In this document: positions 1 to 37,270 of the stretch, piece by piece
Numbering within the stretch: position 1 is the stretch's first letter
Layout: each line of letters begins with the position of its first letter
From: Ginglymostoma cirratum
Taxonomy: Eukaryota
Length of the DNA stretch: 64,000 nt
Direction of reading: 5' to 3'
Assembly (NCBI GenBank): GCA_024137785.1
Contig: JAHRHZ010000003.1
Location: forward strand, 7,959,815-8,023,814
Translations under genes and position numbers: made by a program
Notes under the pieces: generated by a model
The model's input: the letters and a program-made list of their open reading frames with translations, nothing else
Databases searched by the model: none
Told to the model about the DNA's origin: nothing

Positions 1-48
1 GATGCTGCTTGGCCTGCTGTGTTCATCCAGCCCCACGCCTTGTTATCT
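1..48 (+). mobile_element. Tail of a short Penelope-derived repeat, cut by the window edge
   Basis: GATGCTGCTTGGCCTGCTGTGTTCATCCAGCCCCAC, nearly identical to the copy at about 54008-54043. Confidence 0.75.
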
Positions 49-2544
49 GAGCTGCAAAAAGTTGTTCGGTTTTTCGATAGTGGTTTTTCCTACTACATAC
101 ATTTAGATTTGGAGACCTGTGTGTAATTTTGGCACGTAGTTTTTGAAAATAGTTAGGATGAAGCAACACATGCTTCATGTGAATAATATGAAATAAAGTT
201 TCATTTTTTTCAAAAATAAAAGACAAAAATAGGCACGATCCAAGCTTAGCTTTGTTTAGCACTTCAATAATCATGGAAAATATATCTTTGTCCTTGCGTG
301 GGACAGGAAATCAGAAACTAGACCACATGGGGAACAGTGTACAGTGTACAAAGGTTTCATTCATTTTTGTCTGGAATTCCCTTCTCTGCTGCTTGAACTA
401 AATTCTTAAGCTACTAAAACCGAATAGGTTATTTCAGCTGCTGGATTAGGAATGGTTGCACGTGAAAAACTACAATTTGTACTGTCGACAGACATCTGGC
501 CTGAAAACACATTGTTCATGTCCATCCTCCCATATCCTGTCATAATGGTGATCATCTGTGTCAGGTCACCTCTCGGGAGTCAGGAAAAAGACTCAGGTCA
601 AGATTTAAGCCAAGTTTCTTGACCTCTCTGCTTGTCAATTCTATCATTTTGGAGAATGAACCTCACTGTCATGTTTAATTTTTTAAAGCACTTTCGCACA
701 TGGGTTACAGCTTGTCATGGCATTTCTGTTCCCCAAGATCACCACATTTTTGTGCAATTTAGATACTTAATTTTCAAAGAATGTTTGTGTTGAGTTGCAT
801 TATGCTCTATTTTTCACCAATGGTGTCATTAACTTCACATGCCTTTCAAATAAGCACGCTTACATTACTTACCGACCAACAGCATCCAACAATCAGGACC
901 TATACCATACGTTCGTATGTTGCAAACCTCTCACTTAGCAAATGTCACATCCATATCTTAAAGGTTGCACAGACTGCCAGCTGTTCTGATATGACGGTCA
1001 CATCATCCAAACACATTGTACCACACTCAATCACCATCTTTCCTCTCTTGTGGGAGCAACAACGAGGCGTGCATCAACAGAAACAGCAAGTCCAAAGAGA
1101 TGATGCTTGTCAGTTTGGGAAAGATCATTGGTAAGATCACGGCTAGCAGTTGGATCGAAGCCACTGAGCACATGGATATTTGCATGCCTCCTCCTCTTTC
1201 TTGTATTCCACTTCCCCCTCAATTTCGTCTTGCTGACTTGGGGTAGAAAGACACCAATGTAGGAAATAGATCTTCCTTAGGTATGTCGGGGGGCCGTAAG
1301 TATCTCATTAAACCAGAAGTAAAACTCTATTTCTATCAACATAATGATAATGCAAGATCACTTAAAAAAAACCCTTGGCTGTAGCACCTATCGAGAAATA
1401 TGATGTTGATTCAAGTCCATAAACTCTGACACAGAGGTGGGAGGACTTCCAACTGTACAAAACTGACTGGACAGGAAAAAGAAAGATAAATGACAGAAAT
1501 AGATTGTGATAGAAACAAAAGGAAAGACAATACATTTCAAGAGGCATGGCTGGAACTGGCCTTTTTCTGTCATCAATAAACAACTTCCCATGAAAATCTA
1601 TGTCAAAATAATTCATATTCAATTACTTCATCCAGCCGTTTTGAATTAAACTTAGGGTACTGGAACACGATATTCCAAACGTGCAGATTACTGGTCTGTG
1701 TAATGCAAGCTTATTGCATGAGCATACTGTCCCAATATTTTTCTGGAACCTAACTTTTCCAGTAAGTGCTTTATCATTTTAAAGTGTTCAAAAACAATTC
1801 AAAAGCAAGTAGACTAATAGTGGTTTTCAATTGTAGCTGGTGAAAATTCAATTAACTGTGAAAATTTTTGTTAACCAAAAAAAAACCACATATGGCTAAC
1901 CACTAACCCTTGTTTCCATGTGAACACATCTTAACTTCAAATGGTTGAGGTGAAGTTTCCATCTCGTACATCTCAATTCCATAACACAACAGATCACTCA
2001 TTTTTGAATCAATTGAACCACTGATACATTGCAAAGCAATTACAAAATGGTTGTTACACTGCAGGTGAATGTGACATGCTGTATCACTGTTTTTGCATTC
2101 CAACAGGAAGGGTGTTAAACTTTATTATTTATTACAGTGTGTTTGTGCTTTGAACAGCAGGACACCATTTCTCAAGCTCCAACAGGTGCTGATTACCACT
2201 TAGTGCCATGACAAATCATGTATTCAGACACTGTGCAGGTGCTATCTTGAATTGAATGGTGATCGGTATCTGACCAGGTCACACAAGAGAAATCATGTCT
2301 CACTGAGTCCTGCTGATACAACTTGCATGAATATTGAATGTTGGCATTCACCCAACTACATCAACAAGTTCTTGACAACCAAGACATTCCCCAGTAATCA
2401 CAATGTCCAAGTGTTACTAGATTCCTGCAAAGCAGTCAGACACAGATGTTGTGACAGTGGCGGTGTCATGCGGGCAATGTTCTAAAATTGTCGAAGTAAA
2501 TATTTAGTCCAAAAGGCTTCAGTGTCCCCAAGCACAAAATGAGA

Positions 2545-2960
2545 TTTTTTTTCCCCCCCAGTTTGCACTGAGCTTCGGTGATGCCTAACAGAAGGTCCCA
2601 AGACCGAAATGTTGGCCAGGGAACATGGCTGCATATCAACATGGCTGGCAACTTGAAGTTTGGAGGCCATTTTCATGAACAGGATGTTGGTGTTCTGCAA
2701 AGCAGTCGCTCAGTCTGCTCTTCATTTCCCTATGCAGGGCAGGCCACAAGGTGAGCAGCGGATACAGTCGACTTGACAAGGGGAGCGGCGTCTAAACGAT
2801 TGCGACACCTGGCAAATGTGTCTGAAGTTCTGGATTTTGAGGAGGGATGAAATGAACAGGCGGGTATGACAACTTCTGCAATTGCATGGTAAAATGGTGT
2901 GGGGTGTGGGGAGTTATTCCAAGTGGAGGAGAAGTGGACAAGGGTATTCCGGAGAGAACG
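2545..2960 (-). mobile_element. Decayed Penelope-like element fragment (GIY-YIG endonuclease region)
   Basis: Minus strand reads VDCIRCSPCGLPCIG...KSRLSDCFAE with a frameshift, matching the Penelope pattern YCIxCxxCGxxYIGETxRxLxxRFxEH; boundaries approximate. Confidence 0.7.
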
Positions 2961-5399
2961 GAGAACAAAGAGACAGACCAATAGCAAAAAGATAAATAAA
3001 ATAACAGAACTGATCAGAGTGCTTCAGCAGTTTTCACAATGTGTTGATCCACAAGCATAGATGACAGTTTCTTATTTGATTTTCTAAAGACATCAGGTCC
3101 AATTTTTCAGCTCATTCTGTGACAAAGATCAAGGGGTGATTGAGACAGAGAATGAGGCAGCAAAAACTCAGATGAAAGAAGTGCACAGAGAAACTCGAGC
3201 AAGAATGCCATGGGAAACAGAGACATCAACAAAAAGGATAATCCAGAGAGACAGCACTGTCCCAACACAATTAAATATCCCTGTCCATGTTTTATCATAT
3301 GTGAGGGTAAAATCCAATAGAATAACTAAATCTTGTTCTGAAGCTTGGCACATAGCAGCATGACTGAAAGATCAGCAAAACACAATTATTCATCCTGTGG
3401 TATCTGGCTTGAAATGGTCAGATTTTGTTTAAATTAGATTTACATTGTGTTACAAAACCACTCAGCAACAGATTCATTTCCAAGAAACCAAGTGAGTTAC
3501 AGATGTAAGGATCGAATGAACACTGACCTTAGAATAATGAAAATTGGGGGCTTGTAAACAATCAAATTTTCACAGCAATGTGTTGCTGTTTTTAACTATT
3601 TGCTTGTAAAAAAAATGGACAATATAGCAAAACAGAAATAGTTTTCCGAACAGACTCTCATGTTTAAGAAACAAAAAGCAACTTCTGTTTTTGTCTCTGA
3701 ATAACAGCATCTGCAGTTGTTTGGGTTCTCATGTTCAAGACACATCGTAAATGTGCAAACAACTGCCTTAACTTTCATTCCACATAGGTGCCTCGGATTA
3801 AGATGTTGCCTCGAAAGCATGTTCCACCATTCAGTGGCATATTTCCGTGAGATGCAAACTTAATAACTGTTCAGCACCTTGCTTGTGGAATGGAAAAGTC
3901 TAGACTGTGCTTATTTCCGACAGTCAGAGTTGAACAGTTGCTCTGCTGTCTTGGAATTGGTCCAGTTTTCCAACCTTTTCAAAATGTGCTTAGAGGATTT
4001 TATTTCCTTATTGCAAAAAGAAGATTAATTTTTTTTAGCTTGGGAAGAAAGATTGTTTGTTTTTAAAAATGAAGACACAGGCAATTCTGGATAACATGCA
4101 CAAAACTCCAGCATGGCCAATCCAAAAATTATCAAAATAGCTCTATTAGTTATAGAAACAACTTGGGCCAAGTGCAGTAAGAAATGATTCCCCTTCATTG
4201 GAAATCCTGTTGGAAATTCTCTTCATACAATAGAAGAACACATAGCCAGTTGCCCTGGCCTTTACACAACACCCTGTTAACCATTTAAAAGTCCAACTAT
4301 CTGTAACAAGACTTTTCCAATGGCCAAATCCTCCTTAAAAGGCCATCAGCCATATAGGATCTAGGGTCTAGCCATTTTACTTGCTCAATTAAAACGAGCT
4401 CAGGATGGACGCCAAAACATACAAAAACCAAACAGTCAGCCCCTCGAGCCTGCACCATCATTTAAAATACCATGGTTGATTTAAACTTAACCTCAACTCT
4501 ACATTATTACATATCCCTGATTATCTTCCATTTCCTTTGGGATCAACAATCTATCTCCCTGTGTCATAAAAACATTTCAAGATTCTGCCTTTTGACAAAG
4601 AGAATTCCAAAGACACTCCATCCTCAGACAAAAACAAAGTTCCCTCATTTCTGTTTCAAATGGGTGGCTGTTATTTTAAAACTGAGAGTTCTAGATTCTC
4701 CCACAAGCAGAAACATGCTTCCAACATAGACACAGTCAAGTACCCTCAGGATCTTCTGTCAACTGTGACTCTTCTAAACTCCAGAGGATATAGACTTAAC
4801 CTGTTCAGCTCTTTCTCATGTGGCAATCCAGGTATTCATCCAGTAGATCATCTTTGACCTGCTTGAACTCTGAACTCCAATGCATGAACATCCTTCTATA
4901 ATTAAGTTGACGAGTACTGTGTGCAATACTCGAAATGCTGCCATTCAATCACTCCTTTAACAGCTCCCAAGCAATTGGTGGACCGAAAAAGGCAATAACG
5001 ACACTCTTCTCAATAACTTTCAAGAGAGAAATTGAGAGAAATAATAATTACGGTTAAACCCCAAGCCATCTTCAGAGTTGTGAGGTCAGATTGCCAAAAG
5101 CTCAGTTAAAAGGAGCAGCTTCAAGTTGGGATAGGTGGTGAGGCAAGGAGATTTAGGCGACAAGTTCTGGAAGCTCAGAATAACCGAGGAGTGCAGAGAA
5201 TATGGAAAGTTGTAGGGCTCAAGATTACACAGATCAGAGGACATTAAAAAGCGACATAGCCAAAGACTCCAATAACCAAAGGAGACTTGAGACAGAGCCT
5301 GAGCCATGGCCCATATCAATTTGTGTAATTATTGGCAGGGACTGCGGAAGCTGAATCCAAGTATTTGAACAAGAAACAGCCTTTCTGAATACTCAGTCT

Positions 5400-5503
5400 G
5401 TTCGAAGGAAGGTTCACCAGCCCCGAAACGTTAACTCTGACTTCTCTTCACAGATGCTGCGAGACCTGCTGAGCTTTTCCAGCAACTTCTGCTTTTGTTT
5501 CAG
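5400..5503 (+). mobile_element. Short Penelope-derived repeat with degenerate hammerhead
   Basis: ...GGAAGGTTCACCAGCCCCGAAACGTTAACTCTG...CACAGATGCTGCGAGACCTGCTGAGCTTTTCCAGCAAC; same family as 23985-24085. Confidence 0.7.
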
Positions 5504-8500
5504 AGTACTGCCCTGGCTCATTAATACAGCCTCAGACGAGGCAGGGTTCATAAGAAAATTAAACAAAAAAATTAGACCAACTTTTCTCTAGCAATGCTTC
5601 ATCTGAGTGCAACATATTGCAGGGCCAGTGCAAACATGTCAACTGGGCATTCAAGTACATTTGCGGGTTCAGGCTAAAATGAAAGACAAAGGCTCTTTGT
5701 TCATCAGGCCAACCCATCCCAGAGAAGAGTGATACTGAGTCCAATACAGCAGATCCCTCTCAACCCATCCTCCAAATCATGTGATTTCTCGTCAGAGGCC
5801 AATAATAGATTTAAAAACTAGCCAATGAGGGACAATTTCCAAACAATCAAATTAATACTGGGAGATCGCACTGGCCATAATACCCTCCCAGTTCAAGCAG
5901 TCCCCAATTCATGACAAAGTGTAACTCCTGACGTCGAAACTAGATCTGTTATTTTGGAATTTGATCCCTCATGTACCCAAACCTATTTACTTGAGGCAAG
6001 TCCTCTACACAAAATCTATTCTTTTTTGTCTTTAAACCAATCTAAACAATCCAAGTGCCACTCTTTAGACACGGAGTCCAGGTTCTTGATATATATCTTC
6101 GGCACGAAGATGCATGAACCTCGAAATCAATTGTGTAACTGTCCACTTTGCGCTTTACAAAGCTACATGCAGATTGAGCGAATCTCATGTTTGACAAAGA
6201 GACATGGAGGTGTTTAGACACTGCAGTATATGATGCGGTTTTACTGTTTCCTTACATTTAGTCACAGATTACAGTCGAGTGGGAATTGATTGTCAAACTG
6301 CTACTACCTTTCAAGTTTGGCAGTCATTCAGAAAACCCCTTAAACTGAAACCAACTTCAAACTTCTGTGGGACTGCATCCAACTCATCTTGCCTAAACTA
6401 TGAATTACATCAGTTGGGCACAGGACAAACTATAAATCACGACTTAAAAATCAAAGCAACAGCAATGCAGAACCATGATTACTAATTCTAGACTAATTTA
6501 ATGTTTCACACGTTTTACAAAGTTCACGGCTCTTTGAAGAAATAAAGATGTATAAAGCTTGCAATTTGACTGATGCTTGAGAACAGACACTGTTCCCTCA
6601 AAGCTTGTAACGTCCTGTGTTTCAATCCAAGGTGTGACATCTGCAGCAAGCAATGATCTGGGCAATGCTGCCCTCTGCTGGATATAATCAAGAAAACAAA
6701 CTTGCACAAAGCAGCTCAAAAGAGAAAGCAGACTATGAATTAAAATTCTCACCTACGTTTACAAAAGGACCAACAGATCTCTCTAAGCTCACTTAAAGTT
6801 GCACAGACATTTTGCTTAATGATCGTCATTTTAACGTCTACTTTCTCATGCAAGATGATTTAAGCAGAGGGAAATCCAACAAGAATCTGAAATCATAACT
6901 TTTCCACCAAATACTAGTGCCATTTGTGAATAACATCTCTTCGTCTTTTCACAAGTGACTTAAAAACTTGTTGCTATTTATTTCTAACCTATTATCCCAT
7001 TGCCAGTTACATTACCGATATCACTATTTTTAGCACTTAATTTGACTGTACTACTCAATTATTCAGCTGTAAGTCATTTTGTAACTGACATATCAACTGG
7101 CTTTGAATGGTTTTTGCTGTCTTTGCAATTCCTATGGCAGTGACTTCAAATATTCCTTTCTTGGCAAAGAGGGCACTTTATTTCAAAGGTGACTGCACCC
7201 TCCACCCCACACTACCCCATATTTCTGACCATCATCACGGTTTCACTATTCACAAACCAAGGAAATTGATTTAGTTTGGCTATAACATACATCAATTGTT
7301 TAGTGTTTGGACTGACAAAGCACCTGGGATAAACTAATCTGCAGGTTACATGACATGCATTTTGCCAATATTAGTGCAGATGGAGGCAAGTAAGGGTGAA
7401 CTGAATTGTGAAGTGTTCAGCATTGCGTGTGTCATTCATGCACTTGTGAAATTACTGCTAACAAAATTATTTTGCTTTGTGCTGATCTACACGAGGCTGG
7501 ATTTGTGTGTTTCGTTATCGGACAAGCACATTTTCTCTTCTTCCTCAAGTGAGTGTTTTGCAGGTCAAATCTAACAGACCTCTTGGCCCATCCTCATCAA
7601 CGTGAAGGTGAGAGACTTGGATCAATAGCCAACTTTTCCTTCTTGGGCAAGTGTTATTGTGTGCAGGTTTCCTACACAGCACCCACACAATCTGCATTTG
7701 TTGTTCCTTTCCAAATCTTAAAGAGTCTGTTAAGTTCTGCCATCTTCATATCTGTCCTTGTAATGTGGTCAGGTACCTAGTCTATAAATGCCACCTCCTC
7801 CTCTGGTATGCATTCTTAAAGAAGTGGCACACAGCAGTAAGTCAGCACAGTTGGTCAAGTGAACCGAACTTTGACCTGATGTTCTCCCAGTCTGCTGCTA
7901 CCAGCTGCAAAAACAACCTGACATCAATCAAGCCCTGTTTGACTTCCAAGCATGCTACTTCCATTTCACATTCTCCTGGCCAATGAGGATTCCCAAGTGA
8001 ACAAAGCCAGAAAAACTTGGCCTAAGGCGTAATTCTCCTTCTCCATGAAACAACTGCATTTCTTTCCCAATGTACTGAACTCCGAGGTTCCATTCCAACC
8101 TCTGTGGTGAGGGGACTCCTTTGTCCAATCCACACAAGCTGTTTTTCAGTCTCAGCTGAAGCAATATGGTTCCAACAATTGGCCTAATTAAGTTTACAAA
8201 CTGTCAACTGTGTTTTCTTCTTTGACCACCATCACTCCACTAGAAAGGTATGGCCCTAAACAGAAGCAGTGTCAAAGTTGGACACCAAACTACACCAGGA
8301 AATGTTAGTAGAGATAACAATAAACTTTGTCACAGAGCTGGACTCTAAGAAACTGAGTCAAGTACAAAAGCGAGAGGTTCCCAGAGGGAATTTCATGTTT
8401 AAGATCTATGCAGAAGACATGAACTCTTAATACCGGAGTGAAAGAAATTGGAGATTTGCACTACGCCACAACTGGAAGATGGCAAAGCTCTTCAAGTTTT

Positions 8501-11500
8501 TTTTCGGTGCAATGATCCCAGCTGATTGGAACATTGGACATGTCAGGTCCCCAAATTAAACCAGGGTTGACAGATTCAAAGTTTGACCTTTGCATTTATT
8601 TTTCCTTGTGATTACTCAGTGAACTTGAAAACATCAAACCGCAAATCTTCTTCAATAAAAGACACCAAATTTGTGCTTTTAAAAAAAAGGCAAAACAGAG
8701 CCTTTTACCAGAGTTAACAAAGATCATAAGATGAACAGCAAATCCAAGTGTCATCTTAATCCACAGTGATAACATTCACAAATATTCAATCCCAGGGAGT
8801 CAGCACTCCTATCTCAAATCTTCATTATTTCCTCACTGAAATGATTGTTTTCCTGTTGTTCTCCTTCCTGGCCCATTTGGAACCTTTTATAAATCGCCAT
8901 GACCGGAACCTCCTTTATCACAACTTGAAAACATCTGTACATGAGGCATCATAGTCTGAAACCTTTTTACGAGGGTGAGACTCTCTTCTGAAGGCAAAGC
9001 TAATCAAATGGTTTTTGATCTTTTATTCCCCGTCCACACTAATCTCTGCAAATGTAACCATTTTATCCACTGACACCATAGGCACGGTGCAAGGCATTTG
9101 ATTGGAACATATGCTTTTGGGGAAGTTTAGCTCACTATTCCAAATGATGTTCTGACTGCTTGAGGAAAAAGAAGCCATCACAAAAAGACAAAAAAAAAAA
9201 GCTGTTGCCCCTCTTTTGAGATTCCAACTGATGATCATATGTTATATTCCTTATATCACGTGCAGCTTGAGGAGATCACCGATATGGGGAAGAATGAGGC
9301 AATGGAGGAACCTGAAACAGAGGTGACTATCGTCAGAGGAAGATGTTGCTGCAGTGTGTGCCAATGGACGCCAGTAAATACAACCATCAGAGTTAGAGAG
9401 ACTATGTAAATATTTCTGATCAGTGGCCAACTCCCATGAAGTTGCCCAAGGGCAAAAACCCAGGTTTCTTGTTATCCATTTCACCCATTTGATTTTGTAA
9501 ATGAGACAGAGTTAGTGAATTTCTATTATCTTCTTTGCCACCCGTGTTACCTGGTGCTGTGTTTGGCTGCTAATGCCACCTGTGCTTCTAAAAGACATTG
9601 TTGAACAAGTGGCACCAAAGCAATGATAAAGACAATTAAGCTGGTCAACCGAGTAAGCCAACCGAAAGGTCTTAATCAGTTCTCGCTCCCTCAGTCAACT
9701 ACTAAAATCTGCAACCAGAACGAGACAAGTTTTACATCAGGTTATTTATGGAGAGTAGAAGATGGAATCAGTTCAGGAGACATTCTTCACACAATTTTGG
9801 CAACTATAAATACAAATACAAGCCATCATCCATCAATGATTCTGGAACTGCTGGTTTACTTCAACAGTTGCTGGGGAGACTAAAAGCATTGAGTAATAAT
9901 ATCTCAATTCTCAAAAGTGTCAATTCCCAAAAAGTACCTCCAAATTCCAAGTTTTGGATGCTGTTTCTCAATGGTTTGACTTGGCTATTTATTTTCATGC
10001 GTGCAGTTCCTGTAACAGTGCAGCACAGCAACAGGCTCTTTGGCCCAATGCATCTGAGCCATCATGATGCCATTCGAAACTGATCCCATCTGCTTTGGAC
10101 TTCCATTTGTGACGAAGTAATGGCTTCCAAAGCACGAAGGGGTTTCCTCCAGAAAATCCCTCCCTACCTTCTGACTTGGAAGGAGCAGCAGAAAAAAAAA
10201 AAGAGTACGGACTGACCATGCAGCAACCAAAATGCACAATACCAACTCACCACTGCCAATATGCAGCTTCACTTGTCCCACAATTTCTACTTGGTCGTCT
10301 GCAACACATGATTGATGGGTGGTTGTACTTCACAGAGCAAGGAGGCGATGTGAAGTCATCACTCAGCAACCTCACCAACAACCCATCCTCACAACTGGTA
10401 CCTCATGAGAGTATTTACGAACTAAGCTCGTTGACCGTCCTCGAGCGAGACAGGAACAACATTGCCCAAATTCATGTGCAAAGATGCACTGATTGATGAA
10501 TTAACCCATCTATATCTCAGTGCACAAACTTTGGACAAGCCAAAGTAAATGACAGTTTCATGCAGATTATTTATAAATCCATGACTTACAGAATGGAAAA
10601 CAAGATGGACAATTTGCTCAAAAAAATTCCCACTAACACCAAGATGATCAATTGTCAAATTATGGCCTATGAAAATCATCTTTAATTACCTCTCTCCATG
10701 AACTTGCCGGCACCTAAATCTGCTTTGCCTTTCTTGATTGGTCTTCTGAGCCTGCTTTTTACAACAATGCAGAATACAGTCTCTCACAGAGCTCTATGAC
10801 AGCGCTGTAGAATCAAGGGGAAAGAACAAGATGCACCTCCTGTTTTTTCCTGCAATTGGTGCTTTCAGATTTCCCCTATAAATGTCAGTGAAGGACTGAA
10901 TGGGAGAAGCAGCTGGTGAGAAGAATAGAGAGATGTAGAGGTACTGAATAGTCTCAGTGGGAGGGGTGGCAGAGTAGATACAAGGATGTAGTCAGAGTGT
11001 TAAATTGGGGGTTAGTGCTGTTGGGAAAGCTGTTCCAACCTGGTTCATACTGGGGTGTAGTTAAGGGTCAGGAGGTTAAGTCAAACATCTAGTTTAGGTA
11101 GGGGTGACATTTAGTCATCCAGGTCAGTGTGAGCACTTGGGTGAATAAAATTTGTTCTTACTCAAAGCTTAGACTAACTTTTAATCAGTCCAACATTACC
11201 TGGGTGGCTACTCATGCACTAAGTTTGAACTGTCCAAGCTCTCCATCCAACTCGAACTTAGAGCCTGAGACATTTGCAGAGGGTTTTGGGGAGCAGGGGA
11301 GTCACCTCTCAGAAGTATTAACTTGCCCAGCAATACCCATGGGCATCAGCAGATCAAGTCTTCCCCTGAATTCCTCTGCTCATCTTGGGTTTAATGCCTG
11401 GTCTTGAAGAGTCATGAAACAAGGAGGTTTGAGTCAATCTGCTGTTATGTGTTGAAGGATAAATGTTGGCCAGGAACCAGAGATTGATCCTTGCAGCTAG

Positions 11501-11570
11501 AAGAACAGAGAGAAAAACAGACAGACCAGCTTTAACAGACCCACTCAAAAATATTTTAAACAGTAATTGT

Positions 11571-11576
11571 TTTATT
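11571..11576 (-). terminator. Probable DPYSL2 polyadenylation signal AATAAA (3'UTR about 1.6 kb)
   Basis: AATAAA on minus followed by T/GT-rich sequence; another AATAAA near 12637-12642. Usage is inferred, not shown. Confidence 0.5.
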
Positions 11577-13167
11577 AGCAGTTCATGTCATTAAACCATG
11601 ATGTTTTATCAACCTTCCCTTATGGAATAAATCACAAGACCTTTATGAAACACAACAGTGGCAGAGGGAAGAAAAGTACAACAGGAGAACCTTATCAACA
11701 TGAATGCCATGAAAACACAAAGTACTTCTTTCAGTAAGAATACAACACAGAATTGTAGGAGCAAAAAAAGCCATCAAGACAACATTTCAAAACTACAATG
11801 AGTTTTTGAGCATCAAGTCACTGTGGTCAGTTAAGTTTTCAAACTCTCCCATCTATGTATTAAAATCATCCAGTGCTAAACTCAAGCAAGTCATAAATGA
11901 ACATGCCACTAGCTCATGTAGTGTGTCCAGTCTGAAAAAAAATCAATTCAACGAAGAAAAATGCATTTTGAGCTTCCAAAGAGGAAGCCAACAGTGAAGC
12001 CTGTTGAGATCATGTAGGCAAAACGACATGACATACTGACTGACGGGCAAGTGGATAATGTCTTAGAGCAGCTAGGAAGAGATCTACACCTGGTGCAATG
12101 ATGATAGCCCGTGACCAAATGAAGAGCAAGCTTGGTAGTTGGACAACCTCATCTTTAAAAGACTATTCTTCTGCTATTAGAATTACTATCAGCCTTTCCC
12201 TCTCATATTTGAGGCTTTACATTTCTCTGTACAAATCCTGCCAGTATTTTATGTATATGTGCACATTTGCACAACAGTTACACTTAAGAATTCAGATTGG
12301 TACTCACACTTGGCAAGCAAATGGTATTCTAGATACACAGTGAAGACCACTTGTTGCTGGAAATTTACAGCAGACACCTCAGAGGCTGCAACTGAGTTTA
12401 TACCAACACATCATGCCATTTTCAGCCCTTGTCATACCTATTTACACCTTGTTCATTCAGATTTCCAGTGGCCAGTTTTTCCATGAATAAAATATTCCCC
12501 AAAGAACCTGACACCGAATTCATCAGCAGCTGCACTATCAGAAAATTTAAAATTATATTAAGTGTGCATTTTTGAGAACAAAGGTTTAACCAAACAAATT
12601 CAAACAGTATTACAGTTAAATATTTGTAGATGATTGTTTATTACTTTAGAGTATAAACAGAGAGAAAGTTATGTTCTGGCACTGAGTAAACAGCACCATC
12701 TCAGAGTTCTATTGATTTAGAACTCGGCTACAATGATAACAAGTGATACTTAAACTTCTCTCTCTCTCATAAGCGGCCTAATTAGTCAAGTGAGTAACTG
12801 TCAAGAGGCCACCTTACTCCTCTTCATGCGAGAACCTGATCACTGTTCAACCATGCAGCTTAAGAATAAACATTGGCAACAACTCTATTCTACAACAAAC
12901 TACAGTCCCAGGAAACCACTCCTATCTCCTACAAACCAGATGGGTGCTGAAGTTCCTTCATCACTAAATGTTCTGTGTCTTAATGCCGTGCAGGATTTAA
13001 GAATGAGAATATTTCTCTTTACTTGTTTTCTTGGTGATAATTATAATACTGGGAGGGGGGGGTTACACAAACCTAGGATTATTTGTCCACAGTAACCGTC
13101 ACAGGCTCTTAAAAAAAAAAATGAAAAAAAGCTGATGGCTCTGCCAACACCACAGCAGAATGGATGT

Positions 13168-35696
<22,529 letters not shown>

Positions 35697-35900
35697 AATT
35701 GCGCTGATCAATCGGACTCGAACACAAAAAAAAGCTAACCGCAGAAACTGCAGCCGCAGACCGGTTGCGATTATTTTTAAATAAGGTATTTCTTTTATGC
35801 CTCCTGCAGCCTCCCCTTTATGCCAGACCGTTTCCAATTGGGAGGTAGTCCAGCAAGAATAGACGAAGCTGCGGCTACAGGCATGCGCTTCGCCGCACCC
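35697..35900 (-). promoter_or_regulatory. DPYSL2 proximal promoter / 5'UTR
   Basis: Local CpG retention against a CpG-poor background, CCAATTGG near 35834-35841, TATA-like CATAAAAG and TATTTAAAAA, immediately 5' of the ATG. Confidence 0.5.
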
Positions 35901-36339
35901 AACTTTCAGCCAAGTCCAGCCCCTTTGCTGTCCCGATTGGTTTCAATCAAATCAATGTGCGACAAGGCTCTATCTTGGCTTTGTCTTCAAGCAAAATCAT
36001 CCGAACAGCTTAATACAGCCTTCGAGCAAGTAAATTCATTGGGATGACTTGTTTCATTTTTTAAAGTGTTTAGGCCTTTGTTGCACATTATTTTTCTCAT
36101 ATTCTGGAGTGAAAACCTGCAGCCAAACTGTGAAACTTGCTTGTCCTGACATAATTCCTTGTCCATCATATGCGACTGTGTGCCATCCCATTTAAAAGGG
36201 GCTGGCACGCCGACACTTTAAAAAGAGTTCCTATCCCTAATACTGAGACAAAAATAATTCAAAGTACTCGAAACGTTTACCTCTCTTACTCTCCTCACAG
36301 ATACGATCATTTCTGCTCAGTTTCTCCAGCATTTGCTCC

Positions 36340-36730
36340 TGTCACGTCAGAGAAGCTTAGTCGAGGTTAAATCCGAGAAGAGGATCTGAAGTTCTCCTCA
36401 AAACTGTCGTTAAGAATTTCATGACGGGATTGACGACAAAAACACTGGATAAGCTGCCAAGCCAATTCTTCAGTCTCGGTTTTATCTTACACTTACTGTT
36501 ACTTCGTTGTTTATACTTAACTGCTATTTTCTTGTTAACTCGTGCTTAAACTACTTCAGTATTGGTTTTAAAGTACAGAAGGTTCACCAAGATAATCTTT
36601 TGTTGTTACTTTGTTCAAAGTTTTCCGTTAAACTGTGGCATTTTGAAGCCTGATTCTTTCACTCACTAACTGGGATTTTGGATTTCTTCTACTTTGCTCC
36701 AGATTACTTATCTCAACCAAGATCATAACA
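36340..36730 (+). mobile_element. Possible decayed solo LTR upstream of the DPYSL2 promoter
   Basis: Bounded by TGTCAC and GATCATAACA (TG..CA); no clear TSD found. Confidence 0.25.
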
Positions 36731-36939
36731 CATCTCGTCCTGGTTCTGTCCAGATGCTTCCCATTTCCGAGTGACCAGATTAGTTTCTCAATGCTTCAGA
36801 CATGTAATGCTTCCAAGTCTATTTGCATTGGTGCACAACTGTTGAGGACAAGAACCAGCTTGTTTGTCATGTTCACCCTATCCACTCCCATCCTAAAGGG
36901 TGAAACAAACACTAAAGTTCAGTGGAGAAAACTTGAAAG

Positions 36940-37270
36940 CAGAGATGTCAAGAACTGCAGATGCTGCGGTCGGAGTCAAGACAGTGTGGAGCTGGAGGAA
37001 CAGAACCAGTCAGGCAGCATCAAAAGAACAAGAAAGTTGATGTTTGGGGTTTACACCCTTCACCAGGACTCAGGAGGGGGAAGGGAGCTCGGAAATAAAT
37101 AGATGGAGTGGTGTTGGGCTGGGGGAAGGTAGGTGGGATGATGATAGGTGGGTGCAGACAGGGGGTTGTGGAGATGGGTCATGGGAAGGATGGGGCAGAT
37201 ACATGAGAAAGAAGATGAACAGGTTTAGTCAGGTCAAGGAGGCGGGGATGAGAGTGAGGAAGGCTTTTGG
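36940..37270 (-). mobile_element. Penelope-like 3' region with degenerate hammerhead
   Basis: Minus strand AGTC-CTGGTGA-A-GGGTGTAAACCC-CAAA-CATC-AACT followed by the GATGCTGCCTGACTG tail; pyrimidine-rich upstream part. Confidence 0.65.

Noticed and set aside
1-11500. Expected neighbour ADRA1A or any other gene downstream of DPYSL2
   Set aside because: No GPCR motifs; LLVYFNSC in ORF 9623..9883 is not followed by NPxxY. ORFs here look like chance frames in intergenic and decayed repeat DNA.
12098-12200. C-box-like ATGATGA suggesting a C/D snoRNA
   Set aside because: No suitably placed CTGA D box or terminal stem, and it is antisense to a 3'UTR rather than intronic.
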